Shown one piece after another: positions 31,135-40,267 of a stretch of 64,000 bases of DNA. This DNA comes from an uncultured Nitrospiraceae bacterium (lineage in GTDB: Bacteria; Nitrospirota; Thermodesulfovibrionia; Thermodesulfovibrionales; UBA6898). The notes below the pieces were generated by a model. That model had not been told where the DNA came from. It was given only the letters and a program-made list of their open reading frames with translations, and ran no database searches. Both the position numbers and the translations under genes were made by a program. How positions within the stretch are numbered: position 1 is the stretch's first letter; every line of letters begins with the position of its first letter. The DNA lies in assembly GCA_963811165.1 (NCBI GenBank), contig CAWEQH010000009.1:32001-96000 (forward strand). The letters run 5' to 3'.

Positions 31135-31635
31135 TTACTCCTGGTAGCCCACGGATGTCACCACAAAGGCCTCCGTACCGCCTGGTCTGATCACCACAAC
31201 TTCTTCCCCCTCGGTCTTGTGCAATAACGCTTTTGCCATCGGAGAATCGATACTGATAAAACCCCTCTCGGCGTCGAATTCGTCCGGGCCGACAATACGA
31301 TACCGGAACCGGCCCCCCCCTGAACCCTCAAGCTCGACCCAGGCGCCGAAAAACACCTTCGACGCATCATCAGGCTTCCTGTCCACGACAATCAACTCGC
31401 TTAACCTCTTTGTGAGGAACCTCATGCGGGAATCGATCTGTCTTAATTGTTTCTTACCGTAAATATACTCGGCGTTTTCTGACCGGTCCCCCATGGCAGC
31501 GGCTTCGGCAACCGCCTGTGTCACCTGCGGGCGCTTCACCTTCCAGAGGTATGACAGTTCCTCGCTTAAATGCGTTCGCCCTTCAGGCGTAATATACGGG
31601 GAGACGTTTGCGTTGTGAAGGGAGGGCCTGGCCAT
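31135..31635 (-). CDS. greB: Transcription elongation factor GreB
   Basis: GDRSENAEYIYGKKQLRQID, IVGPDE, ISIDSPMAKAL. Confidence 0.95.
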   Translation of the reverse strand: MARPSLHNANVSPYITPEGRTHLSEELSYLWKVKRPQVTQAVAEAAAMGDRSENAEYIYGKKQLRQIDSRMRFLTKRLSELIVVDRKPDDASKVFFGAWVELEGSGGGRFRYRIVGPDEFDAERGFISIDSPMAKALLHKTEGEEVVVIRPGGTEAFVVTSVGYQE

Positions 31636-31638
31636 TCC

Positions 31639-31842
31639 TTATTTCCTTTTTTTGTCCCCTTCGTCTTTACGGGCGGTATGAGTGATGATGAAATTCTCCG
31701 GCCGGAGGTCCGGATCTTTCTCCAGCTCCTCGACAAAGACAGTGATCGCCTTTCGCATGAAGGCCGAGAAGTGTATACGTCCCGGTAATGCCTGGATCCT
31801 CTGTCGTGTATCTTCGTCGATTGTTGCCGTATACTTTGCCAT
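31639..31842 (-). CDS. Small protein, possible ribbon-helix-helix regulator
   Basis: RBS ggagg; N-terminal strand KYTATID then two predicted helices; stop 3 nt before greB start. Confidence 0.55.
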   Translation of the reverse strand: MAKYTATIDEDTRQRIQALPGRIHFSAFMRKAITVFVEELEKDPDLRPENFIITHTARKDEGDKKRK

Positions 31843-31943
31843 AACTGTTCCTCCGTTCCTTATATGGTATTATAACGGAACCACCGCTTCGCCGTGTCGC
31901 AACCCGCCGCCAGGAGTGAAAGGCGGTCCTTCTGCCGGGCAAT

Positions 31944-32423
31944 TCACCGGCCCAAGACAGAGTGTCTGCTCAAGTAGAACAACCCCGCAGCGATCGAAAT
32001 AAGCAGAAGGCCTGAGACGGAGAAAAGCCCCCTGAAAAAGTTTTTTATGTCCTGAAGTGAGGGCTTCCCTGCCCAAAGTATCTGCGCGAACAACCATAAC
32101 AGGAATGCATCTGAAAGGGAAAAAGATTTGAGTGTATCAACACCCATAGCGAAGTTTATTTCGGGCACTCCGTTGCGTCCAATGACACGAAGATACCGCA
32201 AGAGAAAAAACAGACCGACCCACCAAAGAAGTGGCGCAATGGCGATGAACGAGGAAAGCACCTTGTATCTTGTTCGTGATATTACGCTGCCGAAGACGAA
32301 ACTGTTGCCTTCCGCCCTCGGCCAGACTGAAAACCCCTCGGCCTTTCCTAAAACAAGCGCCGCACCATAGTGAGCCAGCTCGTGCAGGAAGGTGCCGGGG
32401 AAGAAGAAGATGAATTTCACCAT
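31944..32423 (-). CDS. Membrane protein with HExxH motif (putative zinc metalloprotease)
   Basis: FPGTFLHELAH, IAIAPL, several TM segments. Confidence 0.7.
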   Translation of the reverse strand: MVKFIFFFPGTFLHELAHYGAALVLGKAEGFSVWPRAEGNSFVFGSVISRTRYKVLSSFIAIAPLLWWVGLFFLLRYLRVIGRNGVPEINFAMGVDTLKSFSLSDAFLLWLFAQILWAGKPSLQDIKNFFRGLFSVSGLLLISIAAGLFYLSRHSVLGR

Positions 32424-32509
32424 AAGCCGCAGTGTAATAATGTATGTAGTCCTTTGCCCGCAAAAGATGCTCCATTATAACAAATAACCGCATCGCGGTC
32501 TCATATCTC

Positions 32510-32548
32510 GTTGACTTGGCAGTGTCCTATGGGCACTGCCGTTGACTT
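32510..32548. mobile_element. Putative IS/MITE footprint: 23-bp palindrome with 8-bp direct repeats
   Basis: gttgactt-[ggcagtgtcc tat gggcactgcc]-gttgactt. Confidence 0.6.
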
Positions 32549-32629
32549 TCCGGACCGGCGTGATAGACTGGAAAAAAATGAGAGAGAGAACATACGGGAC
32601 TAGTGCCCCTGTTTTCGCGGGAGGATGCA

Positions 32630-32794
32630 ATGTCCGCTATTCTTTCCAAAGAAGAGATCAGGAAAATACACGTCTACTGGCGAGCTGCCAACTATCTTTC
32701 AGTCAGGGACAAGCTGATTGAACACGAGGAATATATCACAAAGTTTGGAGAGGATATGCCCGAGATAAGAGACTGGACATGGCAGGGGAGATGA
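32630..32794 (+). pseudogene. xfp: Phosphoketolase remnant: N- and C-termini fused in frame
   Basis: [10 protein letters not shown] (Xfp N-terminus) joined to [26 protein letters not shown] (Xfp C-terminus). Confidence 0.85.
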
Positions 32795-33408
32795 GCAGGC
32801 AGCCTATGGGCCGTCCCCGGGGTGAGCTATGGCTGGTCCGCCACGGTGAGACAGAGTGGAGTGCTTCAGGCCGGCACACGGGACGAAGCGATGTGGCGCT
32901 TACGGAGGAAGGGCGGCGACAGGCCGCACTGCTTACGGAGCGGCTGGCCGGTCGCTCCTTCTCTCACGTCTTGTCGAGTCCCCTTGCCCGCGCCCTCGAT
33001 ACATGCAAGATTGCAGGGTATGGTGATGCTGCTGAGCTCTCGGACGATCTGCGCGAATGGGATTACGGCGACTATGAAGGGCTCACTATCACAGAAATTC
33101 GGGGCAAGGTACCAGGCTGGACAATATGGAACGGCGACCCGCCGGGCGGGGAAGGCATCGCGCAGGTCGCTGTGCGGGCCCGAAGGGTGATCGACCGGGC
33201 CAGGTCCGCAGGAGGTGATATGGCGCTGTTCGCCCACGGCCATGTGCTCAGGGTCCTGGCCGTATGCTGGCTCGGTCTGCCGCCTGATAACGGGAGATTC
33301 TTTGCCTTGGGTACGGCCTCGCTCAGTATCCTTGGATACGAGCGCGAAACGTCTGTGATAACGTTGTGGAACCAGGAATGGTGTGAGTATACGAGAAAAA
33401 AGAAATGA
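32779..33408 (+). CDS. Histidine phosphatase family protein
   Basis: [29 protein letters not shown]. Confidence 0.92.
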   Translation: MAGEMSRQPMGRPRGELWLVRHGETEWSASGRHTGRSDVALTEEGRRQAALLTERLAGRSFSHVLSSPLARALDTCKIAGYGDAAELSDDLREWDYGDYEGLTITEIRGKVPGWTIWNGDPPGGEGIAQVAVRARRVIDRARSAGGDMALFAHGHVLRVLAVCWLGLPPDNGRFFALGTASLSILGYERETSVITLWNQEWCEYTRKKK

Positions 33409-33462
33409 GAGTCACATGAGTGAGAGGGAACTGCTTTTTCGCATGTTCATACTAGATAAAAT

Positions 33463-33616
33463 TAGTGCAGGGACACGTTCCAAAAAACTTTATAATGCCG
33501 CAATTTGGATTATTATGTATCAGACCCTTTTGCGGGTAACGATATCCGCATATTGATCATGAAATCCCTCACAAAGGTGGCGCAGATAAAATTTTTTTCC
33601 ACGTCCCCCTGCACTA
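33463..33616. mobile_element. MITE-like element / internally deleted IS
   Basis: ~30-bp imperfect terminal inverted repeats beginning tagtgcaggg and ending ccctgcacta; non-coding interior. Confidence 0.6.
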
Positions 33617-33767
33617 TTGCTTGAACTACCTATCGATACGCACTATCAAAGTTTAAGGTTGTGCCTGTCATTATAAGTCTATAGGAGTGTGCTATAATAG
33701 ACACCGTTAGCATTTAAAATCAGCGAGTTATGGATGATGAGGTGGCGGGTCCATAGTTCCAGTCGAG

Positions 33768-35270
33768 GTGAAAGTGGAAGACAGCAACGAACTCATTAAA
33801 CAGCGCATCAAAAAAGTGGAAGAGTTGAAGGAGATGGGCATCAAGCCCTACGGCGACCCATTCTCTGCGGACGATCATGCCGCTGATCTTGTGGCCGGAT
33901 ACAAGGACACGACCAAGGAAGAACTCGAGACCACGCCCGTCACATGCTCACTTGCGGGCAGGATCGTTGCGATGAGGGACTTTGGGAAGGCCGCTTTCGC
34001 GCATGTCCAGGACGCCACCGGAAAGATGCAGATTTATTTAAAGAAGGACCTCCTCGGGGAAGGGTATACGCTCCTTAAGAAGATCGATATCGGCGACATC
34101 ATCGGGCTGAAAGGGAGGCTTTTCAGGACGAGGACGAACGAGCTTACCGTCGAGGTCGTCTCCTTTACGCTCATGACGAAATCGATAAGGCCGCTCCCTG
34201 AAAAATGGCACGGCCTCAAGGACGTAGAGACCAGATACCGGCAGCGTTACGTCGACCTCATCGTGAACCCCGAGGTCAGGGAGAATTTCGCCAAGAGAAG
34301 CGTGATCATAAAAGGTGTCAGGGACTTCCTGGAATCAAAGGGTTTTATTGAGGTCGAGACCCCGATGATGCATCAGATACCGGGCGGTGCTACGGCCAGG
34401 CCGTTTAAGACGCATCATAATGCGCTCGATATAGACCTTTATCTCAGGATCGCTCCGGAGCTTTACCTAAAGAGACTCCTCGTCGGCGGCTACGAAAGGG
34501 TATACGAGCTCAACAAGAACTTCCGAAACGAAGGCATATCCACAAAACATAATCCCGAATTTTCGATGCTCGAATTCTATATCGCATACAAAGACTACAA
34601 CTTCCTCATGGACCTTACCGAGGAAATTATCACCACCGTCGCGATGAAGGCGGCAGGGTCGCTTAAGATACCTTACGGCGACGAGACCATCGACCTTACG
34701 CCTCCGTGGCCGCGCGTCCCGATGCTCGAAGCTCTGGTAAAAAACGGGGTGCCGGCCGATATCCTTAATGACGCCGAGAAGGCAAAGACATGGGGAAGGG
34801 CGAACAAAATAGACATCCCGGACGGTTCATCCATGGGAAGGATACTCGACGAGATCTTCAAGGAAAAGGTCGAGCCGGGGCTTATCCAGCCTACGTTTAT
34901 CACAGACCATCCTGTGGAGCTGTCGCCGCTTGCAAAGAGAAAGGCGGACAACCCCGGGCTGGTCGAGAGGTTCGAGCTCTTCATCTCATCCAGGGAGCTG
35001 GCCAATGCCTTTTCAGAGCTCAACGACCCCTTCGACCAAAAAGGCAGGTTCCTCGAACAGGTGAAGGCCAAACAGGCGGGCGACGAAGAGGCCCACTGGA
35101 TGGACGAAGACTTCATAAGAGCGCTCGAATACGGCATGCCGCCTGCCGCAGGCGAGGGTATCGGCATCGACCGGCTTGTCATGCTCCTTACGAACTCCCA
35201 GTCTATCAGGGACGTGATCCTTTTCCCGCAGCTCAAACCGGAGTATCAGGATATGCCGGACGCCGAATGA
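33768..35270 (+). CDS. lysS: Lysyl-tRNA synthetase (class II)
   Basis: RYRQRYVDL, LRIAPELYLKRL, FRNEG, GMPPAAGEGIGIDRL. Confidence 0.98.
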   Translation: MKVEDSNELIKQRIKKVEELKEMGIKPYGDPFSADDHAADLVAGYKDTTKEELETTPVTCSLAGRIVAMRDFGKAAFAHVQDATGKMQIYLKKDLLGEGYTLLKKIDIGDIIGLKGRLFRTRTNELTVEVVSFTLMTKSIRPLPEKWHGLKDVETRYRQRYVDLIVNPEVRENFAKRSVIIKGVRDFLESKGFIEVETPMMHQIPGGATARPFKTHHNALDIDLYLRIAPELYLKRLLVGGYERVYELNKNFRNEGISTKHNPEFSMLEFYIAYKDYNFLMDLTEEIITTVAMKAAGSLKIPYGDETIDLTPPWPRVPMLEALVKNGVPADILNDAEKAKTWGRANKIDIPDGSSMGRILDEIFKEKVEPGLIQPTFITDHPVELSPLAKRKADNPGLVERFELFISSRELANAFSELNDPFDQKGRFLEQVKAKQAGDEEAHWMDEDFIRALEYGMPPAAGEGIGIDRLVMLLTNSQSIRDVILFPQLKPEYQDMPDAE

Positions 35271-35312
35271 TAGGGCAGGCCCTCTTAGGTACCCCTCAGC
35301 GGTCAGACTGAT

Positions 35313-36548
35313 ATGAACATTTCCTACACGATATTCATAGCCCTCAGGTACCTGAAATCGAAGAAGAGATACAAGGGTGTCTCGGTAAATACCGCCATTT
35401 CGATCGGAGGCGTTGCCGTCGGGGTGATGGCCCTCCTGGTCGTGCTCTCCGTGATGACGGGCTTTCAGCAAGACATTCAAAAGAAGATCCTGGGCGCCAA
35501 CGCCCATATCATCATCAGAGACTATAAAGGGGCGATGTCGGCCCCGGCATACGATGAGGTTTCAGAGAAGCTAAGGGGCGAGAAGGACGTCGTCTCCTTT
35601 GCCCCTTTTGTGCTGGGGCAGGTGATGGTCTCATACGGAAAGAGGGCGCACGGGGTCTTTTTGAGGGGTATCGACCCGGACAGCGAGTCAAAGACCACGG
35701 AGATACTTTCTCATATCAAAGACGGCAGCATCAAAGGGCTTGGGGAGGAGGGCGGTGTGCCGGGTATCATTCTTGGCAAGGAACTCGCTGCCAACCTCGG
35801 CGTTTTCACGGGCGAGAAGATCAATATCGTCTCCCCTATCGGCGAGATAGGCCCGATGGGAATGCTCCCGAAGGTCAAGCAGTTCAGGGTCGCGGGGATA
35901 TTCGAGATAGGCATGTTCGAATATGATTCCAACCTCGTGCTTACCGGCATCGGCCCTGCCCAGGATTTTTTCGGCATGAAGGACCAGATCTCAGGGGTGC
36001 AGCTTAAACTCCATGATATCTACAAAGCCCCGCAGGTGAAAAAGAGGATACAGGAGAAACTCGGATTTTCCTACCAGGTGCTTGACTGGATGCAGATGAA
36101 CAAGAACCTTTTTTCCGCGCTTAAGCTCGAGAAGTTCGCGATGTTCGTCATCCTCGTCCTGATAGTGCTTGTGGCCTCGTTTAACATCATCAGCAATCTC
36201 ATCATGAACGTCATAGAAAAGAGCAGGGAGATCGCGATCCTTAAGGCGATAGGGGCCACCAACGGAGGCATCATGACGGTATTTATGCTTCAGGGGCTTT
36301 TTATCGGGCTGATAGGGACTGCGATCGGCATCACGGGCGGATATCTGACCGGCTATATTCTTAATAAATACGAATTGATAAAGCTCCCGGCAGACGTCTA
36401 TTACCTAAGCCATCTTCCGGTGAAGATGGAGCTTTTCGATTTCGTCACCGTTTGTGTCTCGGCGATTATCATCAGCTTTCTTGCGACCCTTTATCCCGCA
36501 TGGCAGGCCGCGAAGCTCAATCCGGTGGAGCCCCTGAGATATGAGTAA
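35313..36548 (+). CDS. lolE: Lipoprotein-releasing ABC transporter permease LolC/E
   Basis: IALRYL, VLSVMTGF, ALKLEK, EIAILKAIG, YPAWQAAKLNPVEPLRYE. Confidence 0.93.
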   Translation: MNISYTIFIALRYLKSKKRYKGVSVNTAISIGGVAVGVMALLVVLSVMTGFQQDIQKKILGANAHIIIRDYKGAMSAPAYDEVSEKLRGEKDVVSFAPFVLGQVMVSYGKRAHGVFLRGIDPDSESKTTEILSHIKDGSIKGLGEEGGVPGIILGKELAANLGVFTGEKINIVSPIGEIGPMGMLPKVKQFRVAGIFEIGMFEYDSNLVLTGIGPAQDFFGMKDQISGVQLKLHDIYKAPQVKKRIQEKLGFSYQVLDWMQMNKNLFSALKLEKFAMFVILVLIVLVASFNIISNLIMNVIEKSREIAILKAIGATNGGIMTVFMLQGLFIGLIGTAIGITGGYLTGYILNKYELIKLPADVYYLSHLPVKMELFDFVTVCVSAIIISFLATLYPAWQAAKLNPVEPLRYE

Positions 36549-37218
36549 AACGGACCTTATTGTGGCGGTGGGCGTCACAAAGTCCTTCAAAACAGAGGCT
36601 GGAGAGCTGAAGGTCCTCAAAGGCATAGACCTCTCGATCAGAAAGGGAGAGATGCTCGGCATCATAGGGGCCTCGGGCGCAGGCAAGAGCACGCTTCTTC
36701 AGATCCTGGGCGCCCTCGACAGGCCCACCTCGGGCAAGGTCTTTTTCAGGGATAAGGAGATCGCCTCAATGGACGACAACTCCCTGGCGCGGCTGAGGAA
36801 CACGAGCATCGGCTTCGTCTTTCAGTTCCACCACCTGCTTCCCGAATTCAATTCAGTCGAAAACGTGATGTTCCCGGCAATCATAAGCGGTATGTCTTTT
36901 CCGGAGGCCCAAAAGAAGGCCGAGGCGCTCCTCGGTGAGCTCGGGCTGTCCCAAAGGACGAGACACAGACCCGGCGAGTTATCGGGCGGCGAGCAGCAGC
37001 GCGTTGCCGTTGCAAGGGCGCTTATCCAGAACCCGGAGGTAGTGCTTGCCGACGAGCCGACCGGGAACCTCGATACGTCTACCGGGAACGACCTTTTCGC
37101 GTTGTTCCTGGACCTTAACAAAAAAAAGGGGATCACCTTTGTAGTCGTCACGCATAATAAGTCCCTTTCCGACCGCTGCCACAGGGTCCTCGAAATGGCG
37201 GACGGAATGGTTGTGTAA
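36541..37218 (+). CDS. lolD: Lipoprotein-releasing ABC transporter ATPase
   Basis: GASGAGKST, FVFQFHHLL, LSGGEQQR, LADEPTGNLD. Confidence 0.95.
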   Translation: MSKTDLIVAVGVTKSFKTEAGELKVLKGIDLSIRKGEMLGIIGASGAGKSTLLQILGALDRPTSGKVFFRDKEIASMDDNSLARLRNTSIGFVFQFHHLLPEFNSVENVMFPAIISGMSFPEAQKKAEALLGELGLSQRTRHRPGELSGGEQQRVAVARALIQNPEVVLADEPTGNLDTSTGNDLFALFLDLNKKKGITFVVVTHNKSLSDRCHRVLEMADGMVV

Positions 37219-37311
37219 GCGAAAAAGGTGACCCCAGCATAAACATAAAGAAAATGCAGACGATCAGACTGCCGCGTTTATGGGGATAATAGTAATTCAT
37301 ATCTTTAAGTG

Positions 37312-37584
37312 TCAGTGTTTATTGCTCAGTACCTTGATCTTTCTTGCTGCGAAGAAAGCTTCGGCGCTCACAACCAATTGGGCTGATATACCGCAAATTA
37401 GTAGCATGAGTAATCCATAAAATTTATATTGAAGACCTGTAAGTGCCAGAAGTACCGATATCAAAAAGATCAACAGATAAAAAACAAGACCTTTTTTCCA
37501 TTGACCATTATAGAGTTGGCCCAGGCCTGGCGTAATAAATCATAGTATTGCCGCTAATATTGGTCTTCTATTTTTGGTTTCCAT
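37312..37584 (-). pseudogene. Integron cassette 4: truncated membrane protein with in-frame TGA at codon 15; resembles the N-terminal anchor of some signal peptidases I
   Basis: Hand translation METKNRRPILAAIL*FITPGLGQLYNGQWKKG...; no closing attC seen. Confidence 0.7.
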
Positions 37585-37600
37585 TTTCTTAATTATTTAC

Positions 37601-37691
37601 GTACAACGACCATGCGAACCAGCGAGCACACAGGCCAAAGATGAAAACCAAAGCGCGTTTATTGCGAGTCTGGTTGAGCGTTTTGTTCTGC
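37601..37691 (-). other. attC site 3 (91 bp)
   Basis: Minus strand gcagaac...gctcaaccag...ctggttcgc...gttgtac directly after antitoxin stop. Confidence 0.75.
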
Positions 37692-37931
37692 TCAGATATC
37701 TTCTATTTTTGTTCCCAATCCGGATTTGATACTGTGGCGCGCCTGTTCTATTCTCTTAAGAAATCGTGGATCATTTTCCAGACGATAATCAAACCAGTCT
37801 TCTTCGTCCTCGAAGCCGATGAGAACCCCGGCGGGCTTGCCATGGCGCGTTATTATTACTTCTTCCTTTTCCGCCATTCTTAGAAACTTTGAAAGATCGT
37901 CTTTGACTTCCGATAGAGCTGCTTTTTTCAT
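37692..37931 (-). CDS. Phd/YefM-family antitoxin (cassette 3)
   Basis: LSEVKDDLSKFL...EVIITRHGKPAGVL; RBS aggag. Confidence 0.9.
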   Translation of the reverse strand: MKKAALSEVKDDLSKFLRMAEKEEVIITRHGKPAGVLIGFEDEEDWFDYRLENDPRFLKRIEQARHSIKSGLGTKIEDI

Positions 37932-37933
37932 AT

Positions 37934-38053
37934 TTATTCTCCTGCGTGTTCCAGCCACCGTGCTGCTTTCGGCTTCGGGATTATTGCCAAAATTTTGACC
38001 GTCTCGTCCTCCACGTCATAAAATACCCTGATATCACCTATCCTCTCCTCCAT
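37934..38053 (-). pseudogene. C-terminal fragment of a RelE/ParE-family toxin (39 aa)
   Basis: MEERIGDIRVFYDVEDETVKILAI...; ATG lies in the attC R' box; N-terminal part absent. Confidence 0.75.
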
Positions 38054-38140
38054 AACGAAATGGCTGAGCCGCCGGGGTAACCAGCCCGATCCAAAACCAA
38101 ACCAGTTTTATCCCCGGTCGGATCGAGCCGGGTGTTAGAC
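38050..38140 (-). other. attC site 2 (91 bp)
   Basis: Minus strand gtctaac...gct(c)gatccg(a)ccgggg...ccccggcggctcagc...gttatgg with two extrahelical bases. Confidence 0.88.
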
Positions 38141-38158
38141 ATTTTTTATTTCTCAAAT

Positions 38159-38401
38159 TCATTTTTGTAAAAGTAGTGAGAATGAAATATAGTAGAAAAA
38201 CAAAATTACTGGAATTGATGCAATTCCAACAACATTGCAGATAGTCTTTGAATATCCTTGTTTGCTTCTGTACTTAATCATCGGGTATGCCCAATATAAT
38301 TCTCTATATCTTAGGATCCTATAAGTCGCAAATGAGCCATAGGAAGCCAAGAAGAAGTACAACAGACCTGGAATTATATTTGCTATGTCTCTATTATTCA
38401 T
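38159..38401 (-). CDS. Integron cassette 2: small two-TM hypothetical protein
   Basis: ORF fills the space between attC sites; cassette starts gttagac and ends gtctaac (complementary); AT-rich. Confidence 0.75.
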   Translation of the reverse strand: MNNRDIANIIPGLLYFFLASYGSFATYRILRYRELYWAYPMIKYRSKQGYSKTICNVVGIASIPVILFFYYISFSLLLQK

Positions 38402-38408
38402 TATTGTG

Positions 38409-38499
38409 GTCTAACGATTGCCTTAACCAGCGCGGGCAACCACTGAAGCCTGAAAACGCGCTAGCTTATTCCGCGTCTGTGTTGAAGGCTTTGTTATGT
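38409..38499 (-). other. attC site 1 (91 bp)
   Basis: Minus strand acataac...gcctt(c)aacacag(a)cgcgg...ccgcgctggttaaggc...gttagac. Confidence 0.88.
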
Positions 38500-39029
38500 T
38501 CATTTGTTTTCCTAAATTCTGCAGCTAATGACGGACGGGAGAGTAGAACAAGTGTGGCTCCAAAGACTATTATGGAAATTAAATTTTGGATTGTCTGCGC
38601 AGGAAAATATTCAAATAATGTTGCCCAATACTTTGGTGAACTCTGAACGCGCCAATATTTTATAAGAGAGACCACTTTCAGGAGTAACATACCAGTGGCA
38701 AAGGACATAGCAATAATCCGGCCAGTTTTTTTCTTTCTAATAAGTAAGAGAGCTGCAACCAGCCCGACCAGAAACATTGAGACAGACTTGACCCATATGA
38801 TCATGAGTTCTCTCTTTGTTGAGTCTTCCAATTCCTTTTGGGTTTTATCGCCGAATCCCGCTTCTTTCCTTATAACATCTGGGGTGTTCCATACTTCATT
38901 GATTAATGATTCAATTCTCTCTTGACGGGGATAATAGTGAACAAGTAGAGGAATATGTGACAACCACAATATGAGCCAGACAATTCCCATGACTGAAATT
39001 ATTTTGTCATTTTTCATATTTTTGGACAT
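38466..39029 (-). CDS. Integron cassette 1: multi-TM hypothetical protein
   Basis: ORF reads into attC (HNKAFNTDAE*); start at 39029 or 39017 just inside the GTTATGT boundary. Confidence 0.78.
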   Translation of the reverse strand: MSKNMKNDKIISVMGIVWLILWLSHIPLLVHYYPRQERIESLINEVWNTPDVIRKEAGFGDKTQKELEDSTKRELMIIWVKSVSMFLVGLVAALLLIRKKKTGRIIAMSFATGMLLLKVVSLIKYWRVQSSPKYWATLFEYFPAQTIQNLISIIVFGATLVLLSRPSLAAEFRKTNEHNKAFNTDAE

Positions 39030-39050
39030 AACAATTAATATACGAACTTC
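39026..39050 (-). other. attI-like recombination site
   Basis: GTTATGT at 39032-39026 complements the R'' (acataac) of cassette 1; upstream sequence is not an attC palindrome. Confidence 0.6.
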
Positions 39051-39074
39051 CTGATTTTCCCCATCTTTGTTATC

Positions 39075-39104
39075 AATATAGCACATTCAAAAAAAGGTTT
39101 GGAA
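39075..39104 (-). promoter_or_regulatory. Pc-like sigma70 promoter facing the cassette array
   Basis: ttccaa-18 bp-tatatt with extended -10 TGn. Confidence 0.5.
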
Positions 39105-39269
39105 AAAAAGTGTTTAAAATCAACATGCGTCTATTGCCGTATTCCGTATATTATGGAAATATCGACCAATTACGGATAGTCGTAAAAACGGGGATATCTT
39201 TTGTCTTTAGGTCCTTTAATCCTCGTCGAAAACTTCGGCGAGTCTGCACTATCGGCGGGCAAGATTTTT

Positions 39270-39306
39270 AGAAGGGGGACTCTGGACTGTCGAGTCCCCC
39301 ACTTCT
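39270..39306 (-). terminator. Hairpin downstream of SOR gene
   Basis: agaagggggactc...gagtcccccacttct. Confidence 0.5.
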
Positions 39307-39338
39307 GTACTATGGATCCTCAGATTACCAAACCGTAT

Positions 39339-39818
39339 TTACGTCACTTCCACATCGAGGCCGCTTTCCCATAGACCGTGGAGATTGCAGCGCTGACGGG
39401 CGACCAGGGTGACCTTACCGTTTGGAGCGGCCTCTTTAGTCAGCACTACCGTGAAGGCGGCCTTAGGTTTCAGGTATCCCTTAGACTGAAAGGTGACCAT
39501 TCCGGCAGGCTCATTGCCGATATTGAGTTCTATATACTCGATCCAGTGTGCAGGCCCCATGACGTGGAGGTTTTCTCCGACGCTCACCTCAACGGTGAAG
39601 GGTTCTCCGGCCTTCACTTTCCCCGGAGATGTGATAAACGGTGCGTGGCTTTTCTCAAGGGGCGTTTTGTTCTTCGGGTCTTTTGCCCTGTTAAACGTCT
39701 CAAAGAGTGTTTTGTCGACGCCCGTGGGGTAAAAGATATCGGCGCCGATTGCCTTTGCCGCGATGCTGATCGAAAAAGTTCCGATTGCAGCACTTTTCAG
39801 AAAACCTCTTCTGTCCAT
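39339..39818 (-). CDS. Superoxide reductase-like (neelaredoxin/SORL) protein with twin-arginine signal
   Basis: MDRRGFLK; EKSHAP, HVMGPAHWIEYI, CNLHGLW. Confidence 0.88.
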   Translation of the reverse strand: MDRRGFLKSAAIGTFSISIAAKAIGADIFYPTGVDKTLFETFNRAKDPKNKTPLEKSHAPFITSPGKVKAGEPFTVEVSVGENLHVMGPAHWIEYIELNIGNEPAGMVTFQSKGYLKPKAAFTVVLTKEAAPNGKVTLVARQRCNLHGLWESGLDVEVT

Positions 39819-40267
39819 GATTACTCCTCCTTTTGAGCTTCGATGATCCGTTCTCTGACTCTAAGATTCTTTTACCATGGAAATGCTGAACTGACAACTG
39901 AAAAATGGCTTAGCGAATGTAAGACGCAAGACGTGAGATGTGAGAAAAAGGAACTTTTCGATTTGTCGAGCGAACGCTTAAGAATCATCAAAAATACCTA
40001 AAAAAACCGTGATTTCAAACTTTCTTCACAATAATCGTTTAAATTAAACGCAGAAAAAATATATTCTAAAGAGGAGATGAATGAATGTAAGCGTTGGGTC
40101 AATGCACGGCATTTTACCTGCCGTATTGACTGCGGGTACGGGATGTGAGATATTGCTCTTAAGAAAGTGGGAGGCAGCGGAACGTTTTACAAAAGCGGGT
40201 ATCTCATAAATAATAGAGATGTTATGTCGCAAACAATATCAAATTTATTAAGATGAGGAGAAGAAGG

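Noticed and set aside
39105..39270. Integron integrase remnant
   Set aside because: Short ORFs here show no tyrosine-recombinase motif
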